Below are positions 27,980-36,196 of a stretch of DNA of 64,000 nt, piece by piece. This DNA is from an uncultured Pseudomonadota bacterium. GTDB taxonomy: Bacteria > Pseudomonadota > Gammaproteobacteria > Burkholderiales > Thiobacillaceae. A program made the translations under genes and the position numbers. Within the stretch, counting starts at the first letter, position 1; each line of letters opens with the position of its first letter. The DNA lies in contig CAVQKQ010000013.1 of the NCBI GenBank assembly GCA_963713085.1, positions 42,023-106,022 on the forward strand, written 5' to 3'. Below the pieces are notes generated by a model. It ran no database searches, was not told where the DNA came from, and saw only the letters and a program-made list of their open reading frames with translations.

Positions 27980-28552
27980 CTAGCCGCTGACGATTGGCAC
28001 GAGTACCAGCATGATCAGCAGCATCCAGGCGATGAGGCCCAGTGCCGTGACAATGAAGGCCATGTCGAAGGCCAGCAGGCCTTCCTTCACCTTCAGCATC
28101 CCTTCCATGCCCCTGAAGATAAGCACCACCGAGCCGGCCAGGCCCAGGGCAACCAATCCGACGATGACGAACAGGTTGCCTGAGAAGAGGCCTAGCGCGG
28201 ATAGCCAGAGCGGTATCGGCGCGATGGCGGCCAGGGTAAAGGCCTCGTGGTAGTCGCTGACTATGCCGCCGCTGTTGGCAACGAGCTTTATGCCCCAGGC
28301 CATGAGCGGCACGGTCAGCAGTTCGGCGACGAGGAACAGGAGCGCCACAATGTCCCATGTCCGGGCGGCAGTATCCGGGTATAAGGTGGCGCCAAAACGG
28401 CGCCCCGCATATTCCAGCATCAGCGGCGGAATCAGCGACAGGGGCAGCACGACCAGACCGAACAGTTTCATGACGGTCGGGTGTATGCGGGCAACGTCGT
28501 CCCACCCTTCCAGCGACGAATCGAACAGTTTGTGAATGTGCATCATATTCAT
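27980..28552 (-). CDS. Yip1/DUF1282-like multi-pass membrane protein
   Basis: A hydrophobic protein of about 190 aa. WDDVARIHPTVMKLFGLVVLPLSLIPPLMLEYAG fits Yip1-type topology. The start is ATG 28552, or upstream at 28573. Confidence 0.45.
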   Translation of the reverse strand: MNMMHIHKLFDSSLEGWDDVARIHPTVMKLFGLVVLPLSLIPPLMLEYAGRRFGATLYPDTAARTWDIVALLFLVAELLTVPLMAWGIKLVANSGGIVSDYHEAFTLAAIAPIPLWLSALGLFSGNLFVIVGLVALGLAGSVVLIFRGMEGMLKVKEGLLAFDMAFIVTALGLIAWMLLIMLVLVPIVSG

Positions 28553-28641
28553 GAGGGCTCCTTCTCTCTCCAATCATCGGCGGCATCCGGCCACTCTCTG
28601 CTTCCCGCCGGCCAACTCAACCGCAGGAGGGCTTTAATTCA

Positions 28642-28678
28642 ATATATCAATCATTTAATAGATCACAACATGATATAT
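28642..28678. promoter_or_regulatory. inverted repeat atatatca-N21-tgatatat in an AT-rich divergent promoter region, a candidate MarR operator
   Basis: 8-bp arms at 28642-28649 and 28671-28678, between the Yip1-like and MarR genes. Confidence 0.3.
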
Positions 28679-28712
28679 ATCGGCCACGGTAACCCGTGAT
28701 CCAGGATCCACC

Positions 28713-29132
28713 ATGGCAAAGCACACCCCGAGCAAGCAGGAACTCGAGACCCTCTCCGATTTCCGCTACCGCCTGCGGCGCTTCCTGCGTTTCAGCGAGC
28801 AGGTGGCGCGCCGCCATGGCATAACCCATCTGCAGTACCAGATGCTGTTACATATCCTCGGATTTCCCGGACGGGAGTGGGCCAGGATAGGCGAATTGGC
28901 CGAGCGGCTTCAGTCCCATCACCATGGCGTGGTATCGCTGGTCACCCGGTGCGAGAAGCTGGGCTTGGTGAAGCGGCACGAGGGACGCAGCGACCGGCGC
29001 GCGGTGGAGGTTCATCTCACGCCCAGGGGTGCCGAGCTGGTGGCCCTGCTGGCAGGCCTGCACCGGGATGAACTGATAAGGCTGCAAGGCATCTTCGTGG
29101 TTCCAGGCAGGGTCGATCTGGATGCCGGTTGA
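28713..29132 (+). CDS. MarR-family transcriptional regulator
   Basis: 139 aa. The winged-helix region is IGELAERLQSHHHGVVSLVTRCEKLGLVKRHEGRSDRRAVEVHLTPRG. Confidence 0.8.
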   Translation: MAKHTPSKQELETLSDFRYRLRRFLRFSEQVARRHGITHLQYQMLLHILGFPGREWARIGELAERLQSHHHGVVSLVTRCEKLGLVKRHEGRSDRRAVEVHLTPRGAELVALLAGLHRDELIRLQGIFVVPGRVDLDAG

Positions 29133-29183
29133 CCCCGGCCACGGGATGCCACTCGGAATTGGCAACTCAGTTGGCATCATTAT

Positions 29184-29200
29184 CCGACTTGATCAGTCGG
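29184..29200 (+). terminator. weak hairpin ccgact-tgatc-agtcgg followed by gtatttgg
   Basis: 6-bp perfect stem 52 nt after the MarR stop, with a short T-run. Confidence 0.3.
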
Positions 29201-29250
29201 GTATTTGGCGTATTCTGAGGTCGTTTCCCCACCACCTAAAGGAGCCAATC

Positions 29251-29481
29251 ATGGCTGACCAAGTCCAGATCACGATTGACCGGGAAGTGTACGACCGCCT
29301 GCAAATGCTCATGGTCCCGCCCATCAGCGACGCCAATGCGGTCATCAAGGCCTTGCTGTATCACGACGGTCGCGCCAGCCGTTCCGCCATCGCCCTGGAG
29401 AGCGAAGAACAGCATTACACCTATGCTCAGGAACTCGAACGCGCCAGTCAGGGTGTCTACGAGTGCGGCGGCTGCACCTGA
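29251..29481 (+). CDS. small hypothetical protein (76 aa) ending in ...GVYECGGCT
   Basis: An AAAGGAG SD lies 7 nt upstream of the ATG at 29251. I recognise no family. Confidence 0.45.
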   Translation: MADQVQITIDREVYDRLQMLMVPPISDANAVIKALLYHDGRASRSAIALESEEQHYTYAQELERASQGVYECGGCT

Positions 29482-29491
29482 GGCCATCCTT

Positions 29492-30355
29492 CTAGGGATT
29501 GGCGCGTTCCTCGGCACCGAGTGATCGCAGCTTCTGCACTGCGCGCGCCAGGTGTGCCTCATCCCGGTCCATTGGGAACACCATGTAGGTTGGCATGGTG
29601 ATAAGAGGACTTTCGTGCACCCGCCACATGTGACCTTGTTCGATCGCATCTCGCGCCGTACGCTGTGGAAGGTATGCCGCCCCCCCTTGTGACTGAATCA
29701 ATTGCTGCCCGATCCAGCCGATATTGGCAATGCGCGCTGGCGTCTCCACGTCCGGAAAGCGGGCTCCGAACTGAGCATGGAATTCAGCGCCCCAATCCAC
29801 GTGGATGTAGTCAGGATCTGGCCATGGGCGATCTGGATTGCTGGTGACCAGCACCAGCGATTCGTCGAACAGATACTCCACAGCTAGCCCTGGGCGACTC
29901 TCTGGTGTGTACATGACACCGATGTCAATGATGCCCTGCACCAGTCCACGCATGATGCCTTCCTCGAAACCCAGTTCCAGGCGCAACGAAACATCGGGCA
30001 CGGCATTGCGCATCCAACTGGCCCAGCGGGGCAAAAAACCCTCCCACAAAGCACTACGTCCACTCAAGGTCAGACCTCCGCTAAATCCGGTGGGCAGGCT
30101 GACCTCGTGGCGTGCCTGTTCCAGAGTGCGTACCAGGGTCTTCGCGTGGCGCAGGAAGCGCTGCCCAGCGGCGGTAAGTTCCGCCCCCCCACGTCCGCGC
30201 CGGAACAGACGTGCGCCCATCTGGGATTCCAAAGTCTGGATGCGCGCACTGACAGTAGATTGGGTGATATGCATGCGAGCCGCTGCACCGACGAAATTGC
30301 CGGAAGCCACTACAGCCAGGAAGGTACGGGCAAATTCGATGTCCATGTAATGCAA
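29492..30355 (-). CDS. LysR-family transcriptional regulator
   Basis: 287 aa. The N-terminal HTH is FARTFLAVVASGNFVGAAARMHITQSTVSARIQTLE. It is divergent from the HPP gene. Confidence 0.9.
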   Translation of the reverse strand: MHYMDIEFARTFLAVVASGNFVGAAARMHITQSTVSARIQTLESQMGARLFRRGRGGAELTAAGQRFLRHAKTLVRTLEQARHEVSLPTGFSGGLTLSGRSALWEGFLPRWASWMRNAVPDVSLRLELGFEEGIMRGLVQGIIDIGVMYTPESRPGLAVEYLFDESLVLVTSNPDRPWPDPDYIHVDWGAEFHAQFGARFPDVETPARIANIGWIGQQLIQSQGGAAYLPQRTARDAIEQGHMWRVHESPLITMPTYMVFPMDRDEAHLARAVQKLRSLGAEERANP

Positions 30356-30418
30356 TCTTAATATTCAATTAGTCGATATTTAACATCATTTTATTTCTCT
30401 TGTTGAATATAAGATTGC
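30352..30418. promoter_or_regulatory. 17-bp inverted repeat flanking the AT-rich LysR/HPP divergent promoter
   Basis: gcaatcttaatattcaa (30352-30368) pairs with the reverse complement of ttgaatataagattgc (30403-30418). They differ by one indel. Confidence 0.4.
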
Positions 30419-30469
30419 GCTCATACACTGTGTCTATGTGTTTTCGGGAGAGGCAACGCAGTGAAGATC

Positions 30470-31183
30470 ATGGAAAGGTGGAGCCGCTGGTTTGGTGAAG
30501 ACCCACATCCAGCCAGCCATGTGGAAAAACTGCTCTCCGCCTTGGGTGCCTTTCTCGGCATACTGGGGGTCCTGATCATCAGCCAAGGCGCGTTGGGCGG
30601 TCAGGGAACGGCGTTGGTCGTCACCTCCATGGGCGCCTCCGCCGTGCTGCTGTTTGCCGCGCCCCACAGCCCCTTGTCGCAGCCCTGGCCAGTATTTGGA
30701 GGACATATGCTGTCGTCAGCCATCGGCATTACCTGTGTCCTGCTTTTCCGCGACACCCTGACAGCGGCGGCAGTGGCGGTGGCCGTGTCCATCGCCGTGA
30801 TGTACTACCTGCGTTGCCTGCATCCACCGGGCGGGGCAGCTGCATTGGCGGTGGTGATGGGAGGCCAGGCGGTGCACTCGTTGGGCTATGCCTATTTGGT
30901 CACGCCTTTGCTGCTCAATGTGTTGACCCTGTTGTCCGTGGCCATGGTTTTCAACGCCCCCTTCATCCATCGCCGCTATCCACTTTGGCTAGCCAAACTG
31001 GGCCCTACCCGGAATGCCACGGAAGCCGGAGAGAAATATATGATTTCCCATAGCGACCTGGTCTATGCCTTGTCCCAAATCGATTCATTCATCGATGTTA
31101 CGGAAGAGGATTTGCTGCGTATCTATAATCTGGCCACCAACCATGCTCACGTGCCTGCGGTGACCGGGACGGGGAACGGGTGA
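30470..31183 (+). CDS. HPP-family membrane protein
   Basis: It has the LHPPGGAAALAVV motif and 4-5 TM segments. The start is ATG 30470, or GTG 30461. The C-terminal linker SHSDLVYALSQIDSFIDVTEEDLLRIYNLA matches the paralogue at 48994 but lacks its CBS pair. Confidence 0.8.
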   Translation: MERWSRWFGEDPHPASHVEKLLSALGAFLGILGVLIISQGALGGQGTALVVTSMGASAVLLFAAPHSPLSQPWPVFGGHMLSSAIGITCVLLFRDTLTAAAVAVAVSIAVMYYLRCLHPPGGAAALAVVMGGQAVHSLGYAYLVTPLLLNVLTLLSVAMVFNAPFIHRRYPLWLAKLGPTRNATEAGEKYMISHSDLVYALSQIDSFIDVTEEDLLRIYNLATNHAHVPAVTGTGNG

Positions 31184-31201
31184 AATCCTGGCCATGCCAG
31201 C

Positions 31202-31582
31202 TTGACGGAGCGCTTGGTGGACATTCATTGGAAAAGGGTTTACGAACCTGCCGATCCGAATGATGGTCTTCGAGTCCTGGTAGATCGGGTGTGGCCGCGA
31301 GGCATGACCAAGGAGCAGGTACAAGCAGACCTTTGGTTGAAAGATGTGGCTCCGAGCACCGCCCTTAGAAAGTGGTTCGGCCATGACCGGTTGAAGTGGG
31401 AGATATTCAAGCAACGTTACTTTATCGAGCTTGATGCGAAGCCAGAGGCCCTGGCTAGGCTTCTTGATGAAGCGGCGAAGACACGGGTGACACTTCTTTT
31501 TTCAGCTCGCGATACCGAATGCAACCAGGCAGTCGCCTTAATGGACTATCTGCTCGCACGGCCCATTAGGGGTTCCGGCTGA
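31202..31582 (+). CDS. DUF488 (YeaO-like) family protein
   Basis: KRVYEPADPNDGLRVLVDRVWPRGMTKEQ...LKDVAPSTALRKWFGHD is typical of DUF488. The start is ambiguous (TTG 31202, TTG 31214 or GTG 31217). Confidence 0.7.
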   Translation: MTERLVDIHWKRVYEPADPNDGLRVLVDRVWPRGMTKEQVQADLWLKDVAPSTALRKWFGHDRLKWEIFKQRYFIELDAKPEALARLLDEAAKTRVTLLFSARDTECNQAVALMDYLLARPIRGSG

Positions 31583-31627
31583 AGTTCCATGCATCTCTCA
31601 CGCGACCCTGCCGGCATGCAACTCAAA

Positions 31628-31653
31628 ATTGCCATTGCCATTGCCATTGCATT
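31628..31653. repeat. hexanucleotide microsatellite (gccatt) about 4 units
   Basis: attgccattgccattgccattgcatt lies in the DUF488 to Mo-enzyme intergenic region. Confidence 0.85.
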
Positions 31654-31751
31654 ACCCAAAGGAGGCTTGTTCGAATGCCATGCGGCGAAGCTGATTTCCC
31701 TGGAACCCGCGCGTAGAAAAACTTCGGAATGATCAAGATGGACAAATCGCG

Positions 31752-34070
31752 ATGACCACTGAACTACGCCACGGTTACTGCGCCCTGTGCATCTCCCGTT
31801 GCGGCTGTATCGGCACGGTGGTGGATGGCGTCCTGACACGGGTCGATCCCGACCCGGACCATCCCACCGGCCAGGCTCTATGTGTCAAGGCCAAGGCGGC
31901 GCCGGAAGCGGTGTACGCCCCGGATCGCATCCTGCACCCGCTTCGCCGCACCCGGCCCAAGGGGGATGCTGATCCCGGCTGGGAACGCTTATCCTGGAAC
32001 GATGCCTTGGACCTGGTCGCCGCCAAGATACGCGACACCATTACCCGACAAGGCCACCAGGCACTGGCCTTCGGTGTCGCCACACCGAGCGGCACGGCGG
32101 TGGCAGACAGCTTTGCCTGGATACACCGCCTGGCCCATGCCTGCCAAAGCCCCAACCTGGTCTTCGCCACCGAGAACTGCAACTGGCATAAGGACTTCGC
32201 CCCCGCCTACACCTTCGGCGCCGGCATCGGCATGCCGGATTACCAGCGCACCGGCTGCATCCTGCTATGGGGCTTCAATCCCGCCACTTCCTGGCTGGCG
32301 CAGGCAACGGCGGTGCGGCAAGCCCGCAAACGCGGCGCCAGGCTGATCGTGGTCGATCCACGCCGTGCCGGGCTGGCCGTTTCGGCCGATCTCTGGCTGC
32401 GGCCTCATCCCGGCAGCGACGGGGCGCTGGCCCTGGGCCTGGCCTGCAACCTGATCGAATCCGGGCGCTTCGATCGTGAATTCCTGGCACGTTGGAGCGA
32501 TGCGCCCTTCCTGGTGGCCGAAGACAGCGGCCGGCTGCTGACCGGCGCCGATCTGCGCGCCGACGGGGACCCGACTCGACCCCTGGCCTGGCACGAGGCG
32601 CGGGGCGCCCCGCTGCCCTGCCCGTCCCGACCGCCCAACGCAGATCCGGACGTGGCCCTGGCCCTGCGCGGGCGTTTCACGGTCCAGACCTTGCGCGGCG
32701 CAATCGTCTGCCACCCGGTGTTCGACCGCCTCGCGGAACGCTGCCGCGCCTGGCCCGCCACGCGCGTCGCGGAAGCCACCGGCATCTCCGCCGGCCAGGT
32801 CGAGGCGGCGGCGAACCTCATCGCCGAAAACCTGCCCCTGTCCTTCTTCACCTGGACCGGCACCTGCCAGAACGGCAACGCAACCCAGACCGGCCGCGCC
32901 ATCGCCGCGTTGTATGGACTGACCGGCTGCCTGGACGCGCCCGGCGGAAACGTCTGGTTCAGCAAGCCGCCCGTAGCCGATGTCATGGGCTTCGGCTGGG
33001 TCAAGCCCGAGGAACGGGCGCTTACCCTGGGGCGCGACGAACGCCCGGAAGGACCGCCGCAAAAAGGCTGGATCACCAGCCGCGACCTATTCCGCGCCGT
33101 GGTGGAAGGCGAGCCCTATCCGGTCTCTTGTCTCGTCTCGTTCGGCAGCAACTTCCTGCTCTCCAAACCGAACACCCGTCTCTGTGATGCCGCCTTGCGG
33201 CAACTCGATTTCTTCGCCCTGACCGAACTGGTCGAGACCCCCACGGCGCGGTTCGCGGACCTGCTCCTGCCGGTGTGCAGCGCCTGGGAACGGGAAGGAC
33301 TGCAGGCCGGATTCCAGGTCGACGCGGCAGCGGAGGCCCATGTGCAACTGCGGCCGGCCATGGTGCCGCCGCAAGGGGAGAGCCGTTCCGATACCTGGAT
33401 CGTGTTCGAGTTGGCAAAGCGCCTCGGTCTCGCCGACCGGTTCTTCGGGGGCGATCCGGAGGCGGCGTTGGCCGGGATGCTGGCGCCGACGGGCCTCACC
33501 CCGGCAGCCCTGCGCGCCACGCCCGGCGGCATCACGCTGGCACTGGAAACCCACTACCGAAAGTACGAGCAGAACGGCTTCGCAACCCCCAGCGGGCGGG
33601 TTGAATTCCACAGCGAGCGGTTGCGCGGCGCCGGCCTGGACCCCTTGCCTGATTACCGACCGGCAGCGGAATCGCCCGATGCGCGCTTCCCGTTGACTCT
33701 GACCACCGCCAAATGGCCGCAGTACTGCCACAGCCAGCAGCGCAACCAGCCCTCATTGCGCCGGCTCATGCCCGATCCGCTGGTCGAGATTCACCCGGAT
33801 ACGGCGGCGTCGCGCGGCATCATTGAAGGAGAGTGGGTCGAGGTGGCGACGCGGATGGGCAGAATGCGCGCCCGGGCCAGACTCGACCGGCGCCTGTCAC
33901 CCGAGGTGGTGTGCGCCCAGTACGGCTGGTGGCAGTACCCGGACGGCGCGGGAGACGCCAACCGTCTTATCGATGGCGAATGCTATGACCCGGTCGCGGG
34001 ATCCAACAGCCTGCGCAATTTTCCCTGCCAGGTATTTTCAGTACGGAAAAACAAAACCGCCCTCGGCTAA
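31752..34070 (+). CDS. cytoplasmic molybdopterin (bis-MGD) oxidoreductase of the Nap/Nas/Fdh-like branch, substrate unknown
   Basis: 772 aa. It has an N-terminal 4Fe-4S motif C-x2-C-x3-C...C (YCALCISRCGC ... HPTGQALCVKAKA). There is no twin-arginine signal and no in-frame stop. The C-terminal beta-barrel-like region is EIHPDTAASRGIIEGEWVEVATRMGRMRARA. Confidence 0.85.
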   Translation: MTTELRHGYCALCISRCGCIGTVVDGVLTRVDPDPDHPTGQALCVKAKAAPEAVYAPDRILHPLRRTRPKGDADPGWERLSWNDALDLVAAKIRDTITRQGHQALAFGVATPSGTAVADSFAWIHRLAHACQSPNLVFATENCNWHKDFAPAYTFGAGIGMPDYQRTGCILLWGFNPATSWLAQATAVRQARKRGARLIVVDPRRAGLAVSADLWLRPHPGSDGALALGLACNLIESGRFDREFLARWSDAPFLVAEDSGRLLTGADLRADGDPTRPLAWHEARGAPLPCPSRPPNADPDVALALRGRFTVQTLRGAIVCHPVFDRLAERCRAWPATRVAEATGISAGQVEAAANLIAENLPLSFFTWTGTCQNGNATQTGRAIAALYGLTGCLDAPGGNVWFSKPPVADVMGFGWVKPEERALTLGRDERPEGPPQKGWITSRDLFRAVVEGEPYPVSCLVSFGSNFLLSKPNTRLCDAALRQLDFFALTELVETPTARFADLLLPVCSAWEREGLQAGFQVDAAAEAHVQLRPAMVPPQGESRSDTWIVFELAKRLGLADRFFGGDPEAALAGMLAPTGLTPAALRATPGGITLALETHYRKYEQNGFATPSGRVEFHSERLRGAGLDPLPDYRPAAESPDARFPLTLTTAKWPQYCHSQQRNQPSLRRLMPDPLVEIHPDTAASRGIIEGEWVEVATRMGRMRARARLDRRLSPEVVCAQYGWWQYPDGAGDANRLIDGECYDPVAGSNSLRNFPCQVFSVRKNKTALG

Positions 34071-34109
34071 CCAGCGGCTTTGGCGCCACTCGAGAGGGCG
34101 CTGAAGCAC

Positions 34110-34721
34110 TCAATCACCTGGTCGGACAACCACCAGATCGGGGTCATCGGCGTACTCCAGCAGGATGCGCCGCACCCGGTCCTGCCATTGTCCCGCGAAG
34201 GCCTCGCGCTCCGCGTCATCGGCGACTCCGCCCACCACCCGTGCCATGAGGGCCGCCATGCCCGGGGACGGCGGAACCCTGTCAGGGTGGTAGTCCAGCA
34301 GGACCGACGCACCCGTGTCCAACCTGGTGAGGCGCACCTCACTGGAAAGACCCATACCGTACGCAAGCAGATCCCGGCGCGCATGGTGCCCGCCCAGGCC
34401 CTTGAAACCACCCTTCCCCGCCGCGCCCGTGATCAGGCCAAGTACACTGCCGACCACGCCTGTGGTGCCGGCGTCCTGGTTCTCACACAATTCCACGCGC
34501 ATACCACCCCGCTCCGGCAGGCCCACCAGGTAGAGGGCGGCAAGACCGCGCCGCGCCATCAGCCAGACGCCAGCGACGGTGGGGCAGGAATGCCCGGCAA
34601 AAAGAACCGCGTTCTCATAACGGTATGTCATTACGCCACCCCTGGCCGCGCCCAGTATTTCCGCCAGCGGATCACGCAGCGTAAGCGGGGGTACTTGGGC
34701 GAAGAAAGCCGGAAATTCCAT
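34110..34721 (-). CDS. hypothetical protein, possibly FmdE-like
   Basis: 203 aa. The segment FAGHSCPTVAGVWLMARRGL is reminiscent of the FmdE HxCPG region. The family call is weak. Confidence 0.4.
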   Translation of the reverse strand: MEFPAFFAQVPPLTLRDPLAEILGAARGGVMTYRYENAVLFAGHSCPTVAGVWLMARRGLAALYLVGLPERGGMRVELCENQDAGTTGVVGSVLGLITGAAGKGGFKGLGGHHARRDLLAYGMGLSSEVRLTRLDTGASVLLDYHPDRVPPSPGMAALMARVVGGVADDAEREAFAGQWQDRVRRILLEYADDPDLVVVRPGD

Positions 34722-34869
34722 GTTTACTCCAAGGCGTCAACAGACCGGGCATGGGGAAAACCGCGAAGTTCCCATTCTGCGGCGAGGCTTGGGCAGTCCA
34801 CCCCGGCAACGCTCCAATAAAACACCATGGCGGAAGGATTCGGCTCAGCTTGGCTGCCCTTGATACACC

Positions 34870-35277
34870 TCAGTGCTCGCCCTTGGTCTTGCGCACCCCG
34901 GCAAAGCGGTTGCCCTGCTTCTGGGGACCGCCCATGGGGAAGATGTCGTGCAGGTAGCGGCTGTTGCCCTTGTCCGCTCCCCAAACCTCGCGGAAGTGCT
35001 TGACCATGTCCCGCACCTGGGCCTGGACGCCGTGCGCTTCGTAGTACTCGCGTATGAAGGCGATCACCTGCCAGTGCTCGTCGGTCAGGGTCAGGCCCTC
35101 CCGTTCCGCCGAGGCGGCCGCGAAGCCTTCGCTCCAGGCTTCCATGTCCAGGATGTAGCCCTCGGGATCGGTGAGCACCGCCCGGCCATCCACCAGCAGA
35201 CTGCGGGTATAGATGGCGTAGGGGCTGGTGCTCTCCCTGGCTTCTTTCAGATAGTGGCTTTTGGGCATCTCGAACAT
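34870..35277 (-). CDS. DsrC/TusE-family protein lacking both C-terminal cysteines (copy 1)
   Basis: 135 aa. TDEHWQVIAFIREYYEAHGVQAQVRDMVKHF...KGNSRYLHDIFPMGGPQKQGNRFAGVRKTKGEH aligns by eye to the DsrC tail ...[32 protein letters not shown] with both Cys replaced. An AGGAGG SD is present. Confidence 0.85.
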   Translation of the reverse strand: MFEMPKSHYLKEARESTSPYAIYTRSLLVDGRAVLTDPEGYILDMEAWSEGFAAASAEREGLTLTDEHWQVIAFIREYYEAHGVQAQVRDMVKHFREVWGADKGNSRYLHDIFPMGGPQKQGNRFAGVRKTKGEH

Positions 35278-35324
35278 GACTCGCCTCCTGACGCATGGGT
35301 AACAAGATGATTTTACGGAGCCAA

Positions 35325-35353
35325 CTTATATTGAACAAACGATGTATTTTGAA
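35325..35353 (-). promoter_or_regulatory. sigma-70-like promoter candidate for DsrC-like copy 1 (TTCAAA-17-TATAAG on the minus strand)
   Basis: It lies within the only strongly AT-rich stretch here (about 35290-35390). The hexamers are at 35348-35353 and 35325-35330. Confidence 0.35.
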
Positions 35354-35600
35354 CGTATATATCGAGTTATTAAATATATAAGTTTCCCTCATGGCTATCA
35401 TGTGCCCACAACTTCGTCGGCGAACCCGCCCGGCATATCGCCAATTCACCACAAGCAGACCATTAGACCCTGGAGGCCCGTGTAGGCGCACACCTGTTCA
35501 ACGCGACAGGCCACGTCCTCATGCTAGTGTCTTACGCCATGCAAAGGCCTTGGAGCAAGCCTGCCGAGCGGGCCGGAGCCGTTGCTGGAACCACACGGTA

Positions 35601-36008
35601 TCAGTGCTCGCCCTTGGTCTTGCGCACCCCGGCAAAGCGGTTGCCCTGCTTCTGGGGACCGCCCATGGGGAAGATGTCGTGCAGGTAGCGGCTGTTGCCC
35701 TTGTCCGCTCCCCAAACCTCGCGGAAGTGCTTGACCATGTCCCGCACCTGGGCCTGGACACTGTGCGCTTCGTAGTACTCGCGGATGAAGGCGATCACCT
35801 GCCAGTGCTCGTCGGTCAGGGCCAGGCCTTCCCGTTCCGCCGAGGCGACGGCGAAGCCTTCGCTCCAGGCATCCATGTCCAGGATGTAGCCCTCCGGATC
35901 GGTGAGCACATCCCGGCCGTCCACCAGCAGGCTGCGGGTATAGATGGCGTAGGGGCTGGTGCTCTCTTTGGCTTCCTTCAGATAGTGGCTCTTGGGCATC
36001 TCGTACAT
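35601..36008 (-). CDS. DsrC/TusE-family protein lacking both C-terminal cysteines (copy 2)
   Basis: 135 aa, differing from copy 1 at 7 residues by hand count. A GGAGG SD is present. It lies 188 nt downstream of the narI stop. Confidence 0.85.
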   Translation of the reverse strand: MYEMPKSHYLKEAKESTSPYAIYTRSLLVDGRDVLTDPEGYILDMDAWSEGFAVASAEREGLALTDEHWQVIAFIREYYEAHSVQAQVRDMVKHFREVWGADKGNSRYLHDIFPMGGPQKQGNRFAGVRKTKGEH

Positions 36009-36196
36009 GTTCGCCTCCGGATTCTCGATGGTGCGGAAATTCTAAAAATTGGCCTGGGTTTATGCTGGACCAGCACCCCAGAAACGGCCTTGATCAATGT
36101 CAGGCGCCCGGATAAATACCCGCCATGGCGTTTCCCGCGAAGGGGCACGCTGAGAGGAATGGGACGGGAAACGGATCGTGCCACGGCGGGGAAAAC

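Noticed and set aside
29251-29481. Small Cys-terminal ORF as a RiPP or methanobactin-type precursor
   Set aside because: At 76 aa it is much longer than MbnA-type precursors. No maturation genes (mbnBC, cyclodehydratase, radical-SAM, protease/transporter) are adjacent. Two Cys residues alone are not evidence.
31752-34070. Selenocysteine codon or Tat signal in the molybdoenzyme
   Set aside because: The ORF is uninterrupted, with no in-frame TGA. The N-terminus goes straight into the FeS motif without an RRxF twin-arginine leader.
36090-36103. FNR-like site ttgatcaatgtcag upstream of DsrC-like copy 2, with a possible -10 (CATAAA, minus strand, 36059-36064)
   Set aside because: It matches only 8 of 10 consensus positions. 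The spacing to the putative -10 is about 3 nt off the class II position. This is too weak to report as a feature without a PWM score or TSS data.
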